Below, one piece after another: positions 30,995 to 44,492 of a stretch of DNA of 64,000 bases (position 1 is the stretch's first letter; each line of letters starts with the position of its first letter). The position numbers and the translations under genes are program-made. A model generated the notes under the pieces. It made no database searches and was not told where the DNA came from. It saw only the letters and a list, made by a program, of their open reading frames with translations. Source of the stretch: the human T2T-CHM13v2.0 reference genome, Homo sapiens; NCBI RefSeq assembly GCF_009914755.1, contig NC_060936.1; one strand, given 5' to 3'.

Positions 30995-33263
30995 TACCCA
31001 TCTATCTTGAGCACCTTCCTTAAATAATGCTAGAGATTTTATATATATTAATTTCATTAAAACATAAGAAATTTTAAGAGTTTGATGAGTCACTTATAGT
31101 TAGCTTGGGGAGATGTGACATGTAAATCTAAAAATATGAAAAAAAATTATACAGCACAGCCTACACCATTACACTTATCAAAAACCAGAAACACATCACT
31201 ACTGCAAATTTGAAAATTTAGAATACACCTGGGTATGGAATAAACAAAATGAAAAAGGCTTCTGGGTAGCTAAAATAGGTATTACAAAGCAATTGCTCCT
31301 CAGTTAATGCAATATTCTTGTAAATGGTACTATTTCTATTGTCTGGGATGAGGACTCACTGAGGCCACAAGGCTCAGGACAAAGGATAAAAAGTACACAT
31401 CTGCATTCCAAAGAAAGGTGCTTACACATTCCAGAGGGCTTAGTAAGAGGTGGCCAATCTGATCAATATCAATACCCATTCTCAGTCTCCAGGCGATATA
31501 TATATATATAAAGGCTAGCTACTCATTAGAGATAGAGACTTGATGGCATTTCCCCTCCTCCCTCTTCCAAAAACGCAGGAAGGATGCTCCTTCCTCTTTC
31601 AACTCAAAGGCTTGCTGAATAAACCTGAAATGGAAGGTGAGGAGAGAGGTGAAAAGGTAGGGGTGGGGTGGTAGTAGACCTGTCTTTTCCTGTTTTGTGG
31701 AACAAGGGTTTGTAAGTTTTGCAGTGGGCCAAGAGGACACCCTGAGAGATGCCCAAGAGGTTTGCTTCCCAGGGAAAGGAACCCAGGGTAGGAGCTTATG
31801 AGGATGATGTGTGAAGTCTCCTGGAGATTAAATCAACCCACAAAAAGAAATGACATATTGTTCATGGTCTCCAAAGAAACAGCCAATATGGTCCAGAAAA
31901 TATGGGCACCTTCCAAAATTAAATGAGAAGCCCAAAGGGGGAAATTGTTGGGGTGGGAATGGGAGAAAGGGTATTTGGAACAAATATTGCAAAATAACAG
32001 ACCAGATCTCATTCCTCCAGCCTACTCCTTCCTCGCCACTGGACCTATGGCTCTATAGCATAGGGTTAACTCTGAACTGGTGAGAGGTGAATGCTTTATA
32101 TTGGATGCAAGATTAAACTTTTGATTCAGATTGAATTAGATATTTCTATATCTGAAAGTGACCCCCAAATTATAATATATCTCTGAAATGCCATTCAGGG
32201 CAGAAAAGAGACTTCAAGAGAGAAGGGTTAAGGTGATGAAGAGAAAAATTAAAGCTGTTTCTATTGTCCAGCCCATTATATAAATTGGTTTCACATGCAT
32301 AAGAGAGACCCTTGGGTCCATACTTATAGAATATTTACTCTATTTTGCAAAGAAACTGATCATTTTTGCAATATTTATCATTTTAAAGAATATGACCCCA
32401 TTAGACAGCAGGAGAATGCCTATTACTAACAGGTATGCTTGCAGCAGTGAGCAAGGACAGCTACCAGCCTCAAAGGAAGGGAGAAATCAGGAACACTGCA
32501 AAAAGTAGCTTTAAAAGCTATATAATCAAATCAGTATTCACCATTTTGCATTGCAGCAAACCTTCCTGTATCCCCCTCCTACACCCCATATCAAGCATAC
32601 ATAGTCAATTGGTTTCTGAGACAGTCTGATTCAGTAAATTTACAGTAAAGGCCAGGAATCTCAATCTTAATTTTAGTTCCTCTCAAAGTGATTTGCCTAG
32701 ATTTTTCCAATTAAAAAAAAAATGAGAGCACTTCTGTTAATGATGTTAGTAATGCTGTTCTTGTGTCCCAAATGCCTCCAATTTTACTAGATATGTATCA
32801 CTTAACAATGGGGATACAGTCTGATAAATGGGTCTTTAGGTGATTTCACTATTGTGTGAACATCATAGCATGTACTTACACAAAGCTAGATGGTATAGCC
32901 TACTATATACCTAGGCTATATGGTATAGCTTATTGCTCCTAGGCTACAAACCTGTACAGCATGTTACTGTACTGGATATTGTAGGCAATTGTAACACAGT
33001 GGTAAGTGTTTACATATCTTAATGTATCTAAACATGCCGGCACCCTTGTGTAGGGCACTTACCATGCATGCGGCTTGCAGGACTGGAAGTTGCTCTGAGT
33101 GAGATAACAAGCGAGTAGTGAATGAATGTCGACATCTTGGACATTACTGTACACTACTGTAGATTTATAAACACTGTACACTCAGGCTACACTAAATTTA
33201 TTTATTTTTTCTTTTTTTAGTAATAAATTAAGATTAGCTTATTGAAACTTTTTAACTTTGTAA

Positions 33264-33560
33264 TTTTTTTTTTTTTGAGATGGAGTCTTTGCTCTATGCT
33301 GGAGTGTACAGTGGCACGATAACAGCTCACTGGAAACTCTGCCTCCTGGGTTCAAGTTCAAGCCATTCTCCTGCCTCAGCCTCTTGAGTAGCTGGGATTA
33401 CAGGTGCCCTCTACCACGCCCAGCTAATTTTTGTATTTTTATTAGAGATGAGGTTTCATCATGCTGGCCAGGCTGGTCTTGAACTCCTGACTTCAAATGA
33501 TCCAACTGTCTCGGCCTCCCAAAGTGCTGGGATTAGAGGTGTGAGCCACTGCGCCCGGCC
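33264..33560 (-). mobile_element. AluS (Sx/Sz-like) inside Tigger3b
   Basis: Full Alu; TSD aactttgtaa at 33254 and 33561. Confidence 0.92.
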
Positions 33561-33947
33561 AACTTTGTAACCTTTTAAATAACTTTTTGACTCTTGTAAT
33601 AACAGCTTAAAACACAAACACATTGTACAGCTGACAAAAATATCGTCTTTCTTTCTTTATTCTAAACCTTTAATCTATTTTTAACACATTTTATTTTAAT
33701 GTTTTTACTTTTTAAATTTTGTTATTATTAACAATTAAAATACACACATCAGCCTAGGCCTTCACAGAGTTAGGATCATCAAAGTCACTGTCTTTCACCT
33801 CCACATCTTTTCTCACTGGAAGGTCTGCAGGGGCAATAACAAGCATGGTGCTGTCATCTCCTGTGATAACAATGCCTTCTGGAATACCTCTTGAAGGACC
33901 TGCCTGATGTTGTTTTACAGTTAACTTTATTTTTTTCTTTTTAAAAA

Positions 33948-34102
33948 TTTATTATTATTATTTAGAAACAGGGTCTCATCTTGGTTTGTCACCCATGCTG
34001 GAATGCAGTGGTGTGATCATAGCTCACTCCACTTGAAGTCCTAGCCTCCCACCTCGGCCTCCCAGAGTGCTGGCATTACAGGTGTGAGCCACTGCACCTG
34101 GC
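33948..34102 (-). mobile_element. Alu monomer-length element (FRAM/FLAM-like or left/right-arm hybrid)
   Basis: gaaacagggtctc...gcagtggtgtgatcatagctcac...cctcccagagtgctggcattacaggtgtgagccac. Confidence 0.75.
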
Positions 34103-35366
34103 TTTAACTTTTTATAAGTAGGAGTACACTCTAGAATAATGATGAATAGTATAGTATAGTAAATACATAAACTAGTAATATAGTAGCTTATTATCAAGTA
34201 TTGTGTCCTATGCATAATTGTATGTGCCATACTTTCATACAATTGGCAGAGCAGTAGCTTTGCCTACACCAGCACCACTGTAAACACATAAGCCATGCAT
34301 TGTGCTGTCATGTTACAAAGGCTGGCTATAACAACAGGCGCTAGAAATTTTTCAGCTCCATGATAACCTTATGGGGCCACTGTAGCATAGGCAGTCCATA
34401 CTGATTGAAACATTGTTATGCAGTGCAAGACTGTATCTTATAATCAGGCATAGGAAAAGCATAACACCATTTAAATAATGTTTATTCAAAATTAACTTTA
34501 AGAGTTTACTGCTCAGGATGCATATTGTCTGCTTTTCAGAAAACTCAATCAGAATGAAGTGTTTCCTACATGCATCAAGTAGCCAAGATTTTTCAAGATG
34601 AATATTGCAAGTGTTATATAAGGGCTCATGTACTGAGAACCACAGAGTTCAAGGGAAGGCCAGTAGTCTGGGCCGGCATGACTGCTTCAGGAGCTTAGAT
34701 TTAACTCCTGGACTTAAAGACTAGGTTAATGAAGAGATTTTGTAAACTTATGCAGCAGGGAACGTAGCATAAAATGAATTCAAAGGGGGAAGTAATTGTC
34801 CTTTGAGTCTCCAGGGTAGAGTAATCTTGTAGTGAAAAAGAAAATTTACACATTTTGCTTTCAGTGTGGGTCTGTAAAGGGAGGATAAGCTGGGGAAATG
34901 GCTGGGTTTATTTATGAGATTGTTTAAAGGATACATTACACAGAAGATAAACTAGAGAAATTGTATGGTCATGTTTGCCCATATACAATCAAATTCTCTG
35001 CACAATTGATGTATCCAATAAAATCATGAGATGTTACATGGACTGTACAAAATAGTAGAATAAGGGCATTTTGCTTGGAACATGTCCAGGAGAGAGTGTA
35101 TGAAATAATTTACTGCATTGCCTAAACCCTGAAATCACAGATGTCTGAAAAAAAATGAAATGAGCTAGAAAAATTAAAGGAAAATACCGACAGCAAATCA
35201 TGGAAACAAAAGTCCTTGCCCACGTGAGAGGGTTACAACTTCTGTTCATTGAATATTGTTGCTTTGCAGAGTTCTCAGTGCACAGTGAGTACTAGAAAAG
35301 TTTACCAAGGCTGATTATATTACAAATATCTTCCCTCAACTTAGTAAATTAAACTCAATTCACTTA

Positions 35367-35706
<340 letters not shown>

Positions 35707-36229
35707 TTAAATATTTGTGGGTTAAAGTGAGTTCTTGCTTTACTTCAGAATTACTTTCCAAGGTAATGTACAGAAAATGAAGGTTGTTTAAATGTTATAA
35801 GACATCAGTGCTTTTGTAGCCAATATTATTCACATATTTGTAAAATTAAAGAGTTGATGAAATTTGTTATTATGTCTAATATAAACTTTCACTGGAATTT
35901 CCTCCTCTTCCTAAACAATGTAGTCTTTTTTTATCTTCTACTTCACCTGTCAGATAAATGAACTTCAATGTCCTGCCCTATTGATCCTATTTGCCACTTC
36001 TAAGTAATTTTTCTCCAAGACCAAAGTATCCTGAATGTCTTCGTTTTTCTGATCACTCCATGTTCCTGTGCATGAGGCCTCTTCTACCTTTTACCTCATA
36101 TTTTAGCTTTTCTTGCACAGATACATTGTATGTCCAGGCACGTTATAGATAATAGGCATACAACAACAGAGACAGAATGTCTGGCATCTGGAACTCACAA
36201 ACTATTAAGTAAAATAGACACACAGCTGC

Positions 36230-36605
36230 TAGTGCCTCAGGCTAAGACAGAAAGGAACAGAAAACATAACAAATAAAAATAGGAAATCCCTCTACTCTCT
36301 GTTTCATAGGGCCTGGATTTCCTGCTCCTCTGACCAGAAAGAGAGGGCTCCTTTAGAAACCATTTCTGTGTGCAACTGGTACGTAGTTCCAGGTTTCGGG
36401 TTCTCTTTGATTCCAGATAAGAGAGGAAAAGAAAACAAGACAAAAACAGAAAACTCACTGCGAGTACATGAGTACTTTGAGTTCCCTGTTCATTGCAGCC
36501 AACATTTACTTGGCATAGTCCTCAAATAGCTGCTTCATGCATATTGTCCAGGGTTTTTTGTTGTATTCAGTGGGAAAGTCAGAATTGTGTGTCCTTATTC
36601 CATTC
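36230..36605 (-). mobile_element. Probable old L1M 5'-end fragment
   Basis: cctcaaatagctgcttcatgcatattgtccagggtttt...gtattcagtggg resembles antisense L1MC/MD/ME 5' ends. Confidence 0.45.
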
Positions 36606-37298
36606 ACTGTGAACTCAAAACCCCAGTGAGCACAGCTTTGATAGCTCTCCAAGATCACATCCTCTGTAAAGTCCCTCTGAACTGTATCCAAACATTCCTG
36701 TTCCTGCTAGAGATGGCTATGTTGGCATTCTGTACTTCACTGGCCCCTAAAAATGACCACACTTTTAAAAACGGAGGACTTCATCAGTGCTCCTTGGATT
36801 TTCTCTACTATAGAAATCCAGCCTCCAAAGCATCTAGAACCTCACGGATAGTTGCAAGTTTAGCTTTGTTCTTACTACCTGGAGCCCTCTCTACCTGATA
36901 CCTGGTGATGGTAGTTTTTTTTTTTTTTTTCTTTCTCAGGACTATCTCACCTCATGAAACCCAACTGTAAGGACATTCCAACTAATTTTATGTTAAAAAT
37001 GACATAATATCTTATTCTATGGATATAATTTATTTATATTTCCAGGCCCAAATAAATGAGCTATAGTTGTTGCCATTGCTACCAGACATCTAGTATTAAA
37101 ACTGAATTGCTAAATTAAACATTTCTGTGTACATCATTGCATATCTGTTCTAATACATGTGTTGAATAAAGTCCTAAAATTGGAATCTGATTTCACAACT
37201 TTTAATATAAAAAGTCATATGTCATTTCCTCTCATTTTTCTCAAAATATTCTAAAAATAATATTTTAAGAATTTCTATTTACCAACACATTTTTTCTC

Positions 37299-38763
37299 TT
37301 TTTTGTTTTTTTTTTTTTAGTATTTATTGATCGTTCTTGGGTGTTTCTTGGAGAGGGGGATTTGGCAGGGTCATAGGACAATAGTCGAGGGAAGGTCAGC
37401 AGATAAACATGTGAACAAAGGTCTCTGGTTTTCCTAGGCAGAGGGCCCTGCTGCCTTCCGCAGTGTTTGTGTCCCTGGGTACTTGAGATTAGGGAGTGGT
37501 GATGACTCTTAAGGAGCATGCTGCCTTCAAGCATCTGTTTAACAAAGCACATCTTGCACTGCCCTTAATCCATTTAACCCTTAGTGGACACAGCACATGT
37601 TTCAGAGAGCACGGGGTTGGGGGTAAGGTTATAGATTAACAGCATCCCAAGGCAGAAGAATTATTCTTAGTACAGAACAAAATGGAGTCTCCTATGTGTA
37701 CTTCTTTCTACACAGACACAGTAACAATCTGATCTCTCTTTCTTTTCCCCACATTTCCCCCTTTTCTATTAGACAAAACCGCCATCGTCATCATGGCCCG
37801 TTCTCAATGAGCTGTTGGGTACACCTCCGAGACGGGGTGGCAGCCAGGCAGAGGGGCTCCTCACTTCCCAGACGGGGCGGCCGGGCAGAGGAGCCCCCCA
37901 CCTCCCAGATGGGGTGGCGGCCGGGCGGGGGCTGCCCCCCACCTCCCGGACGGGTCGGCTGTGAGGAGACGCTCCTCACTTCCCGGAAGGGGGGGGCTCC
38001 CGGGCAGAGGGGCTCCTCACTTCTCAGACGGGGCGGCCGGTCAGAGACGCTCCTCACCTCCCAGACGGGGTGGCAGCAGGGCAGAGACACTCCTCAGTTC
38101 CCGGACGCGGGGGGTCGCGACCGGGCAGAGGCGCTCCTCACATCCCAGATGGGGTGGCGGGGCAGAGGCGCTCCCCACATCCCAGACGATGGGCGGCCGG
38201 GCAGAGACGTTCCTCACTTCCTAGACGGGATGACGGCCGGGAAGAGGCACTCCTCACTTCCCAGACTGGGTGGCCGGGCAGAGACACTCCTCACTTCCTA
38301 GACGGGGTGGCGGCCAGGCAGAGGCTACAATCTCGGCACTTTGGGAGGCCAAAGCAGGCGGCTGGGAGGTGGAGGTTGTAGCGAGCTGAGATCACGCCAC
38401 TGCACTCCAGCCTGGGCAACATTGAGGACTGAGTGAGCGAGACTCCGTCTGCAATCCCAGCACCTCGGGAGGCCGAGGCTGGCAGATCACTCGCGGTCAG
38501 GAGCTGGAGACCAGCCCGGCCAACACTGCGAAACCCTGTCTCCACCAAAAAATACAAAAACCAGTCAGGCGTGGCGGCGCGCGCCTGCAATCCCAGGCAC
38601 TCGGCAGGCTGAGGGAGGAGAATCAGGCAGGGAGGTTGCAGCAAGCCGAGATGGCGGCAGTACAGTCCAGCCTCGGCTCGGCATCAGAGGGAGACCGTGC
38701 AAAGAGGGAGAGGGAGAGGGAGAGGGGGACGGGGGGAGGGGGAGCGGGAGCGGGAGGGAGAGC
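37299..38763 (-). mobile_element. Full-length SVA retrotransposon (older SVA_A/B-like)
   Basis: Poly(T) tail, SINE-R (about 37320-37815), GC-rich VNTR (about 37825-38325), Alu-like region (about 38326-38700), (CCCTCT)n-type hexamer head (38701-38763). 11-bp TSD cattttttctc at 37288 and 38764. Confidence 0.96.
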
Positions 38764-38864
38764 CATTTTTTCTCATAATATTCTATACCTACAGCTCTGT
38801 TACCACCACTTATGAAACCGTATTGCAATAGCATATGTGCTTCTTTCTTCTTCATTCTTCTAGA

Positions 38865-39360
38865 CCAATGCTGTTCAATCACAGTCTCTAAAGATGGAAC
38901 TACTCATACGTTGTCCAATATGAGAGCCACTAGACATATATAGCTATAAACACTTGGAATATGGCTAGTGTAACAAAGGAACTCAACTTTAAGGGTTTTT
39001 TTTTTAAATATTAACTAATTTTAATTTAAAATGTGGACCAGCCACAGTGTAATCCCAGCACTTTGGGAGGCTGAGCCTGGTGTATTGCTTGATCCCAAGA
39101 GTTTGAGACCAGTCTGGGCAACATAGGAAACCCTATCTCTATGAAAAATATAAAAATTAGCCGGGTATGGTGGTGCGCACTTGTAGTCCCAGCTATTTAA
39201 GAGGCTGAAGTGGGAGGATTGCTTGAGTCCGGCAGGTAGAGGCTGCAGTGAGCCCTAATTGCACCACTGCACTCCAGCCCGGGAGATAGAGCGAGACTCT
39301 GTTTAAAAAAATATGTATATATATTTTAATGTTCTTTGTGACTACAATATTAGAAAGCAA
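38865..39360. mobile_element. MER3 (hAT-Charlie) interrupted by an Alu
   Basis: gttgtccaatatgagagccactagacat...cacttggaatatggctagtg; resumes gtgactacaatattagaaagca after the Alu. Confidence 0.7.
39035..39311 (+). mobile_element. AluJb-like
   Basis: gtaatcccagcactttgggaggc...ggaggattgcttgag...gaggctgcagtgagc. Confidence 0.85.
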
Positions 39361-39434
39361 GTTTCTACCCTATGGGTTCTTAAGAATAACAATTCTACCT
39401 TTCATTTCTTTGTCTCTAGCATCAAGGATGGTCA

Positions 39435-39794
39435 AGGCAGTTTAGGTTCTGCTTGGTGATAACCCCAATTCATCCACGTTTTAACATTACAGAGTTTATT
39501 TCTTGCTCATCATACATATCCAGTGGGGGTTGGTTGGAGTTTTGCTCCCCACCCTTATTCAAGGTCTCAGGCTAATGTAAATTCAGACACCTTGTAGCTG
39601 CATCATTAGGAACACAAAAACACCATGGTTCCCATAGTTGGATGAAGTGTACATGGAGTTCAAACCACCTTTTCTATGTTTCACTAAAAACCCATAGGTT
39701 AGGATGAGTAACATGAATTCACCAGAATTCCTGGGGGCTGGGAAATGTGTAAGAATGCATTGTTATTAATGATTAGTAATTATTTCTGCCACAC
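39435..39794 (-). mobile_element. Old MLT1 (I/J/K-like) LTR
   Basis: agagtttatttcttgctcat...gggggctgggaaatgt...atttctgccaca. Confidence 0.55.
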
Positions 39795-42249
39795 AATAAA
39801 TCCAAATTCTTGTTGAATATTGAATAAGGAAACATTTTGGTTACCAGACAAGAGAAGTGCATTCCAGAGAAATGAAAAAGCAATGGTACTGAGGTGGTGA
39901 AGTAATTTTTTTAAAAAAGCCTATTCTGGGAAGATTTTTGGATAAGTATTAATTTAAAAAATTGGGCAAATAGAGTAGAATTAAAATGATGGATTCTAGG
40001 TTAAGGAATTTAAAATATACCTGGAAAACAACCACTACTTGATGATTTGTTCTTGACCATCAAATTATCAGAACTTTAAAAAGTTTTTTAATTAAGATAA
40101 ATATGAACAGTTTTTTAATTAAGATAAATATGACCTTAGAAAAGAGGACAGTCTTCTTTCTCTAAGACAGCAAAGCAGAAAGAGAATATGGATGAAAATT
40201 TAGAGGAATTTTTGAGATGGTCAAGAAATGCGGGAGTAGAGATGCAAAATTAGCAATAACACTATGTCATATTGACCCTAATGATGTCCCAGGGCCTGCT
40301 TTAAACACTTTATGTCTTTTACTTTATTAAACACTTTAAAAAACATAGGTGATATATACTATAACTTCTCCCCAAATTAGAGATAAGGGAACTAAAGGAT
40401 TAACAGAGCAGCTAAGGAGTTTATTAAAAAATATAGCTCAAAAGTGATGATTTCTTTGGTCTGCAAAGCAAGAGTATTGTATCTGCTGAGAAGAATAGAT
40501 AAATAAAAGTTAGGAGTGAGCCCCTAAAAAATGGAGAAAAATTCCTGAATAGTTACTGCAAGGCATATAATAAGGCAATAAGCCCTCTTGGATTTAGTAA
40601 AAGCTATGTCCTACTGCTCCAATTCTCCACTGAAAAATTAGTAATTGGATGAAGAATTTTCAACAAAGATTAAAGGGGTTCCTAAATGCAGACCGAGCTG
40701 AGGTAACTTTTGTTTTATTCTGTTGGAGCTGATTGTTTTTGTGGAAATTCCAATGACCTATGACTCTTTTGTTGTTATTTTTTACTCACATCTTAGCTAA
40801 CGACCAGCCTCATAGGAAATTAAACCAGAGGTAATAATATGTTTAGTAATGATTTACTTTTGTTGATTGGTTTCTCAAATTGGTTATTACTTTTCATAAT
40901 ATTGAGAAAAATTTTATGGGGAAAGAAATTGTCATATTTAGACATAAAGCATTTATACCTTATTTGTGATATTTCGGTTCATGCCATCTCTGACTATCCG
41001 TTCACCATTTTCATGGATACTTGGAAGTTGAAGGTATTTGCCATACATAAAATATATACATCCTGCTATTTTAAGGTCTACAATATTTCTTTCTTCTAAT
41101 TATTGTTAATATTTATTCATAACATTATTTATAAAAATATTTCTGGGGCAAATAGAATGCTAGTTACTGAAAGATATAGGCCCTTGGTTATATCATTTTG
41201 TTAGCTCTACAAAAGTCAGTAAAGACTCAGGAAAAATAAATGTCTCTGACAGTGCAAATTCACACAGTGGCACATCGATTAGTTGCGGGGCAGCAGTATA
41301 TTTTGCTGAGAATAGATGACATCTGTAGAAAATCAAACAATTCAAGACAACAACTTTGAAAGTGCCATTTGAGTTTTCATACATTTCCTAATGTCATGTT
41401 TCTCAAATTGCCTCATGTTCTCATTCGTGCTCTTTTTATGTTGCTATTTTGGAAATAGTAAGCAAAAATTAAACTACATTTTGAAATGTTACCTCAATTG
41501 AGAAAAGAAATTGTCATTATTCTTATCACAAGCACTGCTATTTATCAGTGCATTTGATTGTATAATGAGTCAGGCACTAGAGAAAGGTATTTTCAAGGAT
41601 ATAAGAGTATCTTTGCTACTCCTATAGAAAAAAGGGTTCTTTCTCATTTTCTGTGGTCTTGACATTCATGTACTCCATGAACCTTTTAAGTGTGTATGTG
41701 AATGGAATTGTATATGTGAATTTTTTGAGGGATAGAGGCTATATTATAGTAAGATATTGTTTGTAAAATCAGCTAAGATTATTTGCTGCCTTTAAACACA
41801 ATTACTTGCTCATCCTTCCATCTCCCTCTCCCTTTCCATAAGCAGCTTAAACTCCAGGTAAACTGTTAGTGGCTATGGGCCATCTCTTCACAAGAGAAAC
41901 ATGGAAACTCCAGATACATTAGGCAAGAATTTAAGCTAGATTCTAGCATACCCTTCCTGATATTTGAAAACGTGGGAAAGTATCTCCCACGGAGGGAGAA
42001 TCTAGCTTTCATTTCATTGGATATTTCATTTGGGGCTGACTTTTACAAAATTCAGGTTTAGAAAAAGTAGCAACCATGCTCACAGTTCACGTATTTTTGT
42101 GGAGTGTTATGGGGGGAAAGGCAAACATTGGAGGTGGGAAGAAAAGAAAATAGAAAAAATGTATGTGTGTGTTATACTTAAACTAGCTCACTAGGGGAAG
42201 AAATAATGTAGGAAACATTTTTCTAAGAGTAAATAATATAGATTTCTAA

Positions 42250-43165
42250 AACATGTTTGTTGAGATACAATTTACACATAAAATAATCATTCTTTTAAAG
42301 GGTAGAGTTTGATGATTCTTGACAAATGTATGTAGTAGGGTAACCATCAAGACAATCAAGACCCAGACATTTATTTACATCACCCCAAAGTATTTCCTCA
42401 TGCTCCTTGTCTCCCCATATCCAGACCCTGGCAAATAGTGATTCACTTTCTGGTTAATAATTTTGCCTTCTTAAAATATCATGGAAAGGGAAACATCTAG
42501 TTTCTAGTCATTTTTGTCTGGATTCTAGCATTGTTAGCACAATGCCTCTGAGAGTCACCCACGATATAGCATGTATCAATAGTTCATTCCTTTTTATTGT
42601 TGAGTGTTACACTATTGTATAAATATACCACAATGTGTTTATCTGTTCACTTAGTTGTTTGGGCCTGTTATGAATAAAATTGCTATTACCCACTGAGTAA
42701 AAGTCTTTGAACATTTGGTTTTATTTCTCTTAGATACATAAAAGTAAAATTCTGGGTTCCTTAGTCTATGTTTAACTTTATAAGAAATTGTCAAACTCTT
42801 TTCCAAACTAGCTTTACCATTTTCCATTTGCAACAGCAATGTGTGAGGGTTCTAGTTGTTCCACATCTTTCCTAGTAGTTAATGTTGTTAGGTATTTATT
42901 TGTTTGTTTATTTTGCCATGTTAGTGGGCATGCAATGGTAATTCACTGACATATTAATTTGCATTTCCATACAGTCTAATGATATTAAGCATCTTTGTAT
43001 TACTTATTGACCATTCAACATTTTTTTGTGAAGTGTCTATTCAAACTGCTTGCTCACTATTATTTGAGTTTCCTTTTTGCTGTTGTGTTGTTAAGAGTTA
43101 TTTATAAATTCTGGGTACAAATGTTTTATCAAATATTTATTTTACAAATATGTTTTTGCTATGTT
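42250..43165 (-). mobile_element. L1M (ME/MC-like) 3' end
   Basis: ttgttgagatacaatttac...atcaatagttcattcctttttattg...aaattgtcaaactcttttccaaa...gtgaagtgtctattcaaa. Confidence 0.8.
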
Positions 43166-43259
43166 TTGCAGAAACAAGTTTTAAAAAGAAGAAATGTATC
43201 AAGAATTCATTGTACTGAATTCCAAGCTTGCTCCAAAACTAAAATATTCTAGAGGGTCT

Positions 43260-43610
43260 GATATTGATGTAAGTATGGACATATACAATTTTGTTCTACA
43301 TAGACTAAATAGAACTAAATTAATAATTCAGAAATAGTCTCAGACATTCATAGTCAGTTGATTTTCAACAAAATTGTCCAGGTATTTCAATGGCGATAGG
43401 ACAGTCTTTTCAATGAATAATGCTGGATAAACTTGGTATCTATGTAGGAAAAAAAGTAAGCCAAACCTCATTCCACATTCAAAAATTAACTTGAAACATA
43501 TAAGCCCCGAACAATAAAACTTCTAGAAGAAAACAAAGGAGAATATCATTGTGACCTTAGATTAGGCAAAGACTTGTTAGAGAAGACACAAAAATGCATA
43601 GGCTATAATA
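43260..43610 (+). mobile_element. L1M ORF2 fragment, inverted relative to the adjacent L1
   Basis: gttgattttcaacaaa...ggacagtctttttcaatgaataatgctgg...aaaacttctagaagaaaacaaaggagaa. Confidence 0.75.
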
Positions 43611-44325
43611 TAATTAAAACAGTTTAAGAGCCCTTAGCCCAAAAAAGATATAGTTGTTATGAAGATTAAATGAATTAAGATGTGTTTTGCATATAGGATA
43701 AAACTTGACACTGTATACATGATAGCTTTTACTTAATAGCTATCACTGCTATAGTAAAGAAATTGGTGACCCAGGATTAAACAGACTTGGGCTTTAATAC
43801 AGTAAAGTAGGAATAGAGTAGGTGCCATTTTCTCTCTAATTTTCTTTCAAGTAAAATGTGTCATGAAACACTTGTGTATAGTGGAAAATAGCAAATTTTT
43901 ATTATTCACAAATAATGATTCATTAAATCATTTAATGTCCCCACTATGTGTAAGTCACTGTAAGTAAATGAAGGAAGACACAATTCCTATCCTAGAGACT
44001 TTCACAATATTTCACAAAATACTTAACATTATAACTTTAACATTTATAATACAATTACCCATGCATCATCGAATTATTTAATTTTTTTCTAAAAAGGGAG
44101 TATATTATATAATTTTGCAATTCTTCAACCATCAACAACATTTACACGGATCTAGGTGTCTCATAAGGTAAATATTATTGAATAAACTTTATTATTTTCC
44201 CTTTATTTTTACACTTCAACTTTTGTCATAATGTGGATTACCCTTGTGGTTTGTTCTACGGGCAAGACATAATATGTTGTTAGGTCTTTATAAATTTGTA
44301 ATTCCAAGGAGCCGATATCTTCCCA

Positions 44326-44492
<167 letters not shown>

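Larger units (their letters stand above)
32788..34433 (-). mobile_element. Tigger3b (MER7B-like) with two nested Alu-family insertions
   Basis: cacttaacaatggggatac...ctaggctatatggtatagc...ttgttatgcagtgcaagactg followed by ta. Confidence 0.88.

Noticed and set aside
31340-32280. Purine/GC-richer block resembling an ancient LTR (MamGypLTR-like)
   Set aside because: I could not identify termini, a TSD or a family with enough confidence; it needs a Dfam search.
37696-38882. Longest ORFs (201 aa, 117 aa, 105 aa and others)
   Set aside because: All lie in the SVA VNTR, Alu-like and SINE-R regions. GC-rich repeats lack stop codons, so these are not genes.
41180-41420. Possible exon or conserved element (locally higher complexity, CpGs)
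   Set aside because: No convincing splice-site pair or protein similarity.
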